This document shows, in pieces, positions 8,408-11,482 of a stretch of 11,482 nucleotides of DNA. The notes below the pieces were generated by a model. That model was not told the origin of the DNA and did no database searches. It saw only the letters and a program-made list of their open reading frames with translations. The DNA comes from Candidatus Methylomirabilia bacterium (GTDB lineage: Bacteria; Methylomirabilota; Methylomirabilia; Rokubacteriales; CSP1-6). Made by a program: the position numbers and the translations under genes. Location of the stretch: contig JBGPXN010000150.1 of NCBI GenBank assembly GCA_041492755.1, positions 1 to 11,482 of the forward strand, written 5' to 3'. The first letter of the stretch is position 1. Each line of letters starts with the position of its first letter.

Positions 8408-8476
8408 GGAGCGCTGCGGCTTTGCCGAAGCGCTCCGAGCGCTGGGGGTATCGGGGGCCATGTCGGGGCCCCCGAT
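8408..8476. repeat. Intergenic double inverted repeat (REP-like two-hairpin element)
   Basis: Hairpin 1 is ggagcgct-g-cggc/ttt/gccg-a-agcgctcc (8408-8436). Hairpin 2 is a perfect 10-bp stem, atcgggggcc (8450-8459) with ggcccccgat (8467-8476). No U-tract follows. Confidence 0.75.
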
Positions 8477-8480
8477 GATC

Positions 8481-8861
8481 TCAATTCGGCCGCATGATGT
8501 AGAACGATCCGGTGGCGAGCGCCACCAGCTTCTCGGCCTCGTCGCGGACCCGCGCTTCCAACACGCCGATCCGACGCCCGCGGTCCACCACCACCGCCTC
8601 GCACGCGAGCGTGCCCTCGAGCGCGGGGGCCACGTAGTTGATCTTGATCTCGAGCGTCACGCAGCGCTCTCCCGCGTCCAGGCGCGTGGTCAACGCGGCG
8701 CCCATGGTGGTGTCGGCGAGCGTGTAGATGACGCCGCCGTGCACCACGCCGTGCGGGTTCAGGTGCTCGGGGCGGAGCTTCACCGCGAACACCGCGCTCC
8801 CCGTGTCCAACGACACCGCTCGCAGGCCGACGAGGTCAGCGAATTCGCCAGCCTGCGTCAT
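8481..8861 (-). CDS. PaaI-family hotdog-fold thioesterase (126 aa)
   Basis: HLNPHGVVHGGVIYTLADTTMG active-site motif, plus VTLEIKINYVAP and LVALATGSF. Confidence 0.92.
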   Translation of the reverse strand: MTQAGEFADLVGLRAVSLDTGSAVFAVKLRPEHLNPHGVVHGGVIYTLADTTMGAALTTRLDAGERCVTLEIKINYVAPALEGTLACEAVVVDRGRRIGVLEARVRDEAEKLVALATGSFYIMRPN

Positions 8862-8921
8862 GCTGGGCTCATTGGGGGCAGCAGGGCCGCAGGCTCGGTC
8901 GCGGGAGGCAGGGCCGCACGC

Positions 8922-9620
8922 TCATCGCGGGAGCACGATGTGATCGTAGGCTTCCGCGTAGGCGTACCCCTTGGGCTTGCCGATCTCCGCCGAGCGCTCG
9001 CGCACGCGTTTTTCCACGCCGGCGAAGTCGCCGACCTGGCTCTGGTGGCAGGCCACGGCCTCGAGCTTGAGATCCATCGTGTCCGTGATGTCCACGACGA
9101 GCTGTGGGTTTTCCCACTGCATGACGTACACCTCGCGCACCTTGTGCGGCTCGAACTCCGGCATCAGCTCGGGAAACGACAGGTGGTCGCGGGCGAGCGG
9201 ATACACGCAGTCGAGCACGACCCCGGCCACGATGCGATGATCGCGGTGGGACGCGTAGAGGTTGGTGGTGCGGAACGGGTTCATGGTGATGATGAGATCG
9301 GGTCGCCAGCGGCGGATCTCGCGGGTGACGTCGCGCCGGAGGTCGCGGGTGTCTTCGACCTCGCAGTCGGGATAGCCGAGGAATTCCACGCGCTCGACGC
9401 CGAGCGTGCGGGCGGCCGCGCGCTGCTCGCGCTCGCGGATCTCGGCCAGGCGATCGGGCGTCATCGACCGGTCCCCCGAGCCCTTGTTGCCGTTGGTGGC
9501 GATGACGTAGGTCACCTCGCGGCCGTCCTTCACCATCTTCGCGACGGTGCCAGCCGCGCCGAACTCCGAGTCGTCCGGATGCGCGGTCACCACCATCACC
9601 CGCTCGATCGTCTGGGACAT
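8922..9620 (-). CDS. PIG-L/LmbE-family zinc deacetylase (BshB/MshB/Mca superfamily, 232 aa)
   Basis: Metal motifs AHPDD and HRDH, plus TNGNKG, REREQRAAARTLG, FLGYPD and KLEAVACHQSQ. AGGAG SD at 9626-9630. Confidence 0.92.
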   Translation of the reverse strand: MSQTIERVMVVTAHPDDSEFGAAGTVAKMVKDGREVTYVIATNGNKGSGDRSMTPDRLAEIREREQRAAARTLGVERVEFLGYPDCEVEDTRDLRRDVTREIRRWRPDLIITMNPFRTTNLYASHRDHRIVAGVVLDCVYPLARDHLSFPELMPEFEPHKVREVYVMQWENPQLVVDITDTMDLKLEAVACHQSQVGDFAGVEKRVRERSAEIGKPKGYAYAEAYDHIVLPR

Positions 9621-9664
9621 GCCGACTCCTTGGAAGAAACGTTTCGGTTCCGATGCCGGGGCCC

Positions 9665-9670
9665 AGCATA
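9665..9670 (-). promoter_or_regulatory. Possible -10 element (TATGCT) for the minus-strand gene run
   Basis: TATGCT on the minus strand, about 45 nt upstream of ATG 9620 in the divergent intergenic region. No convincing -35. Confidence 0.35.
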
Positions 9671-9714
9671 CCGATTCCCGTGCTCGATCGCACCCGGGTC
9701 GTCCACGAACCCGC

Positions 9715-9723
9715 TGCTATAAT
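9715..9723 (+). promoter_or_regulatory. Extended -10 promoter TGcTATAAT
   Basis: Perfect TGn-TATAAT consensus 12 nt upstream of ATG 9736. Confidence 0.75.
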
Positions 9724-9735
9724 CGCGCGCGGATC

Positions 9736-9951
9736 ATGGCCGACGCGCGCCGCTTCGGCATCGTCACCGTGCTTGGGCTCCTGGCCGGCGGCGTCCTCCT
9801 CACCGGTGCGCCGCTCGCGGCGGGCGCCGTGCGGGTGGCGGGTGTGAGCCTCGCGTGGTGGTACGCGGTGGTGGCGTCCATCGTCGCCGTCGGGGTGACC
9901 GCCCTCGTGCTCTCGACCCGCGGGGCGGCGACCGCCGACCCCGACGCATGA
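9736..9951 (+). CDS. Small two-helix membrane protein, resembling DUF485/DUF4212 symporter small subunits (71 aa)
   Basis: MADARRFGIVTVLGLLAGGVLL...RVAGVSLAWWYAVVASIVAVGVTALVL has two hydrophobic segments and a GxxLxWW loop motif. It follows a consensus promoter and overlaps the next gene by ATGA (9948-9951). Confidence 0.6.
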   Translation: MADARRFGIVTVLGLLAGGVLLTGAPLAAGAVRVAGVSLAWWYAVVASIVAVGVTALVLSTRGAATADPDA

Positions 9952-11396
9952 CGGCGGGCTTCCGGGCCGTCGCGGCCTGGACGAGCCCCGCTGCCGTGGC
10001 CGCCGTCGCCGCGAGCGTCTACGCCGGAGAGCCGCTCGCGCCGTTCGCCACGCTCGCGCTGGTCGCGGGGGCGCTCATCGCCCTCCTCCATCATCCGCCC
10101 GTCGCCCCGCGCCGCACGCTGACGTGGGCGCGCGCGGCCACCGCGGCGGCGGTGCTCGGCGCCAGCCTCCGCGTGCTCGGCGACGCAGCGCGCGTGCACG
10201 CGCTGCCCGCGACGGGGGTGGTCGTGGCCGCGGCGGTCCTCGCCGTCGCGCTCACGTCGTGGCCGGCGCTGGCCGTGCGCGCGTTCGTCCTCGTGCCCGT
10301 CGGGGTGGCGGCGCTCCTGGTGGTGCCGCTGGTCATGGGACTGACGTCGAGCCGTCCGCCGTGGCGCGCATGGACGGAAATCGCGTCGCGCCCCGCATTG
10401 ATCTTCGCCGCCGGCAGCAGCGCGGTGACGGCGGGACAGCCGATGTTCGACCCCACCACGCTCGTCTTCACCGAATCGCACCGCGTGATCGCGGTGACCC
10501 CGGGGACGTACCGCACGCTCGAGGACGACGGCGGACGGCGTACCGTTCGGGAATGGCGGCTCGGCAGCGGCGAAGCGCTGACGCTGAGGCCCGGTGATCA
10601 CCTCACCGTGGAGGCCGGTGCCCGTGTCCGGTTCGAGTCCGGCAAGCGCGTGCCCGGCGTCGCGGCGTCGGGCGTGGCGTGGGCGCGCGCGCGCGGTCAG
10701 CGTCCGCTCGTCACGCTGGTCCAGGCCCTCGGCGTGGTGGTGACCCTGGTCGGGGGCGCGCTCGCGCTCGTCCGCGCGCCGGCGAGCGCCGGGCGCGCGC
10801 TGGCGTGGGGCCCGATCGTCGTGTTGCTCGCCGCGCTCGCGCCGGCGGCCATCGGCGTGTATGCCGTCTGGGCCGCTCCCGAAATCGGACTGGGGGCGCC
10901 ATGGGCCGCGCCGCTCGTCCGGCTGTCGGCGGTGGCGTTGCCCCCGGCGGCGAGGGCCTGGGTGAGCGCCGTCGTCGCGGGCGGGCTCCTCGCGCTGTTC
11001 CTCGCGTCCGCGGGCGCGTTGCGCGCGATCCTGCGCGACGGCGTGCCGCGGGCATCCACGGGCTGGCGGCGCACCCTCGAACCGGCGTTGTGGATCGGCG
11101 TCGTCGCGCTGGCGGTGGCGATGGCCCACGCCCCGGCGGATCCCTCGACGCTGCTCGCCCTGGGATTGGGGCTCGTCGCGGCGGCGGTGACGGCGCCCGG
11201 TCTGGCCGCGGAGGACGGGCGCGCCGTGCTCGTCGGCTCGCTCGCGGGCGCGGTGACGCTGGCGGCCGCCGTCCTTGCCGCGCGTGGCTTCTCGGCCGGG
11301 AGCTCGCTGGGGGAGACGCTGGCCCGCTACCCGGCGCTGGTGGCGGCTCCGCTCGCCTGGACCGTGTCCCGCTTGCAACGCGCCGACCGTGCGTAA
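9948..11396 (+). CDS. Polytopic membrane protein, divergent sodium:solute symporter (ActP/SSS)-like, with an inserted soluble domain (482 aa)
   Basis: About 12 Ala/Leu/Val-rich hydrophobic segments. The N-terminal AVAAWTSPAAVAAVAASVYAG resembles the SSS TM1 motif AxDWMSAASF. A hydrophilic beta-rich insert lies at 10389-10658. The CDS is well supported, while the family assignment is tentative. Confidence 0.6.
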   Translation: MTAGFRAVAAWTSPAAVAAVAASVYAGEPLAPFATLALVAGALIALLHHPPVAPRRTLTWARAATAAAVLGASLRVLGDAARVHALPATGVVVAAAVLAVALTSWPALAVRAFVLVPVGVAALLVVPLVMGLTSSRPPWRAWTEIASRPALIFAAGSSAVTAGQPMFDPTTLVFTESHRVIAVTPGTYRTLEDDGGRRTVREWRLGSGEALTLRPGDHLTVEAGARVRFESGKRVPGVAASGVAWARARGQRPLVTLVQALGVVVTLVGGALALVRAPASAGRALAWGPIVVLLAALAPAAIGVYAVWAAPEIGLGAPWAAPLVRLSAVALPPAARAWVSAVVAGGLLALFLASAGALRAILRDGVPRASTGWRRTLEPALWIGVVALAVAMAHAPADPSTLLALGLGLVAAAVTAPGLAAEDGRAVLVGSLAGAVTLAAAVLAARGFSAGSSLGETLARYPALVAAPLAWTVSRLQRADRA

Positions 11397-11418
11397 CGTC
11401 GCGTCGCCTCTGTGAATG

Positions 11419-11447
11419 TTGCCGGCACGCGGCGGGACTGACACAAT
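11419..11447 (+). promoter_or_regulatory. Putative sigma70 promoter TTGCCG-N17-CACAAT with extended -10 TG
   Basis: TTGCCG at 11419-11424, TG at 11439-11440, CACAAT at 11442-11447, ATG 8 nt downstream. Confidence 0.55.
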
Positions 11448-11455
11448 AGGCCGAC

Positions 11456-11482
11456 ATGGCCAGTGACCGGATCGTCATCCGG
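11456..11482 (+). CDS. uvrA: 5' end of a gene running off the window, probably excinuclease ABC subunit A
   Basis: ATG GCC AGT GAC CGG ATC GTC ATC CGG = MASDRIVIR, which resembles the UvrA N-terminus (MxDxIxIRGARxHNLK). Only 9 codons are visible. Confidence 0.55.

Noticed and set aside
8408..8476. Intrinsic terminator or CRISPR repeat
   Set aside because: No U-tract follows either hairpin, and there is no repeat-spacer periodicity or cas gene.
7710..9722. 670-aa plus-strand ORF
   Set aside because: Antisense to three motif-bearing genes and has no recognisable domain.
9717..11444. 575-aa minus-strand ORF
   Set aside because: Arg/Gly-rich antisense shadow of the membrane-protein genes, which have promoter and coupling support on the plus strand.
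11397..11455. LexA/SOS box upstream of the putative uvrA, with DinB as part of an SOS regulon
   Set aside because: No recognisable LexA palindrome (CTGT-N8-ACAG or GAAC-N4-GTTC). DinB-superfamily membership does not imply damage induction.

Overview
High-GC bacterial contig end. Gene content and style suggest Candidatus Rokubacteria/Methylomirabilota (inference only). Bases 1-190 are a C-rich low-complexity stretch that is probably an artefact. A secreted FxLYD-like protein follows on +. Next is a decayed minus-strand unit (internally deleted M28 peptidase, intact FAAL-like acyl-AMP ligase, internally deleted LLM-class oxidoreductase) and a 5'-truncated TauD remnant on +. A long minus-strand run reads PIG-L deacetylase, PaaI thioesterase, cyclase-family hydrolase, secreted hypothetical, VOC protein, Zn-dependent dehydrogenase, DinB-family protein and ChaA Ca2+/H+ antiporter. 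Divergently, a small membrane protein is coupled to a very divergent SSS/ActP-like membrane protein with an inserted soluble domain. The window ends in what is probably the first 9 codons of uvrA. Unexplained structure includes short direct repeats on stop/start codons at five gene junctions, ATGA-coupled mini-ORFs bridging intergenic gaps, a double-hairpin REP-like element, and leaderless-type promoters. No CRISPR array, RNA gene or transposase is visible.
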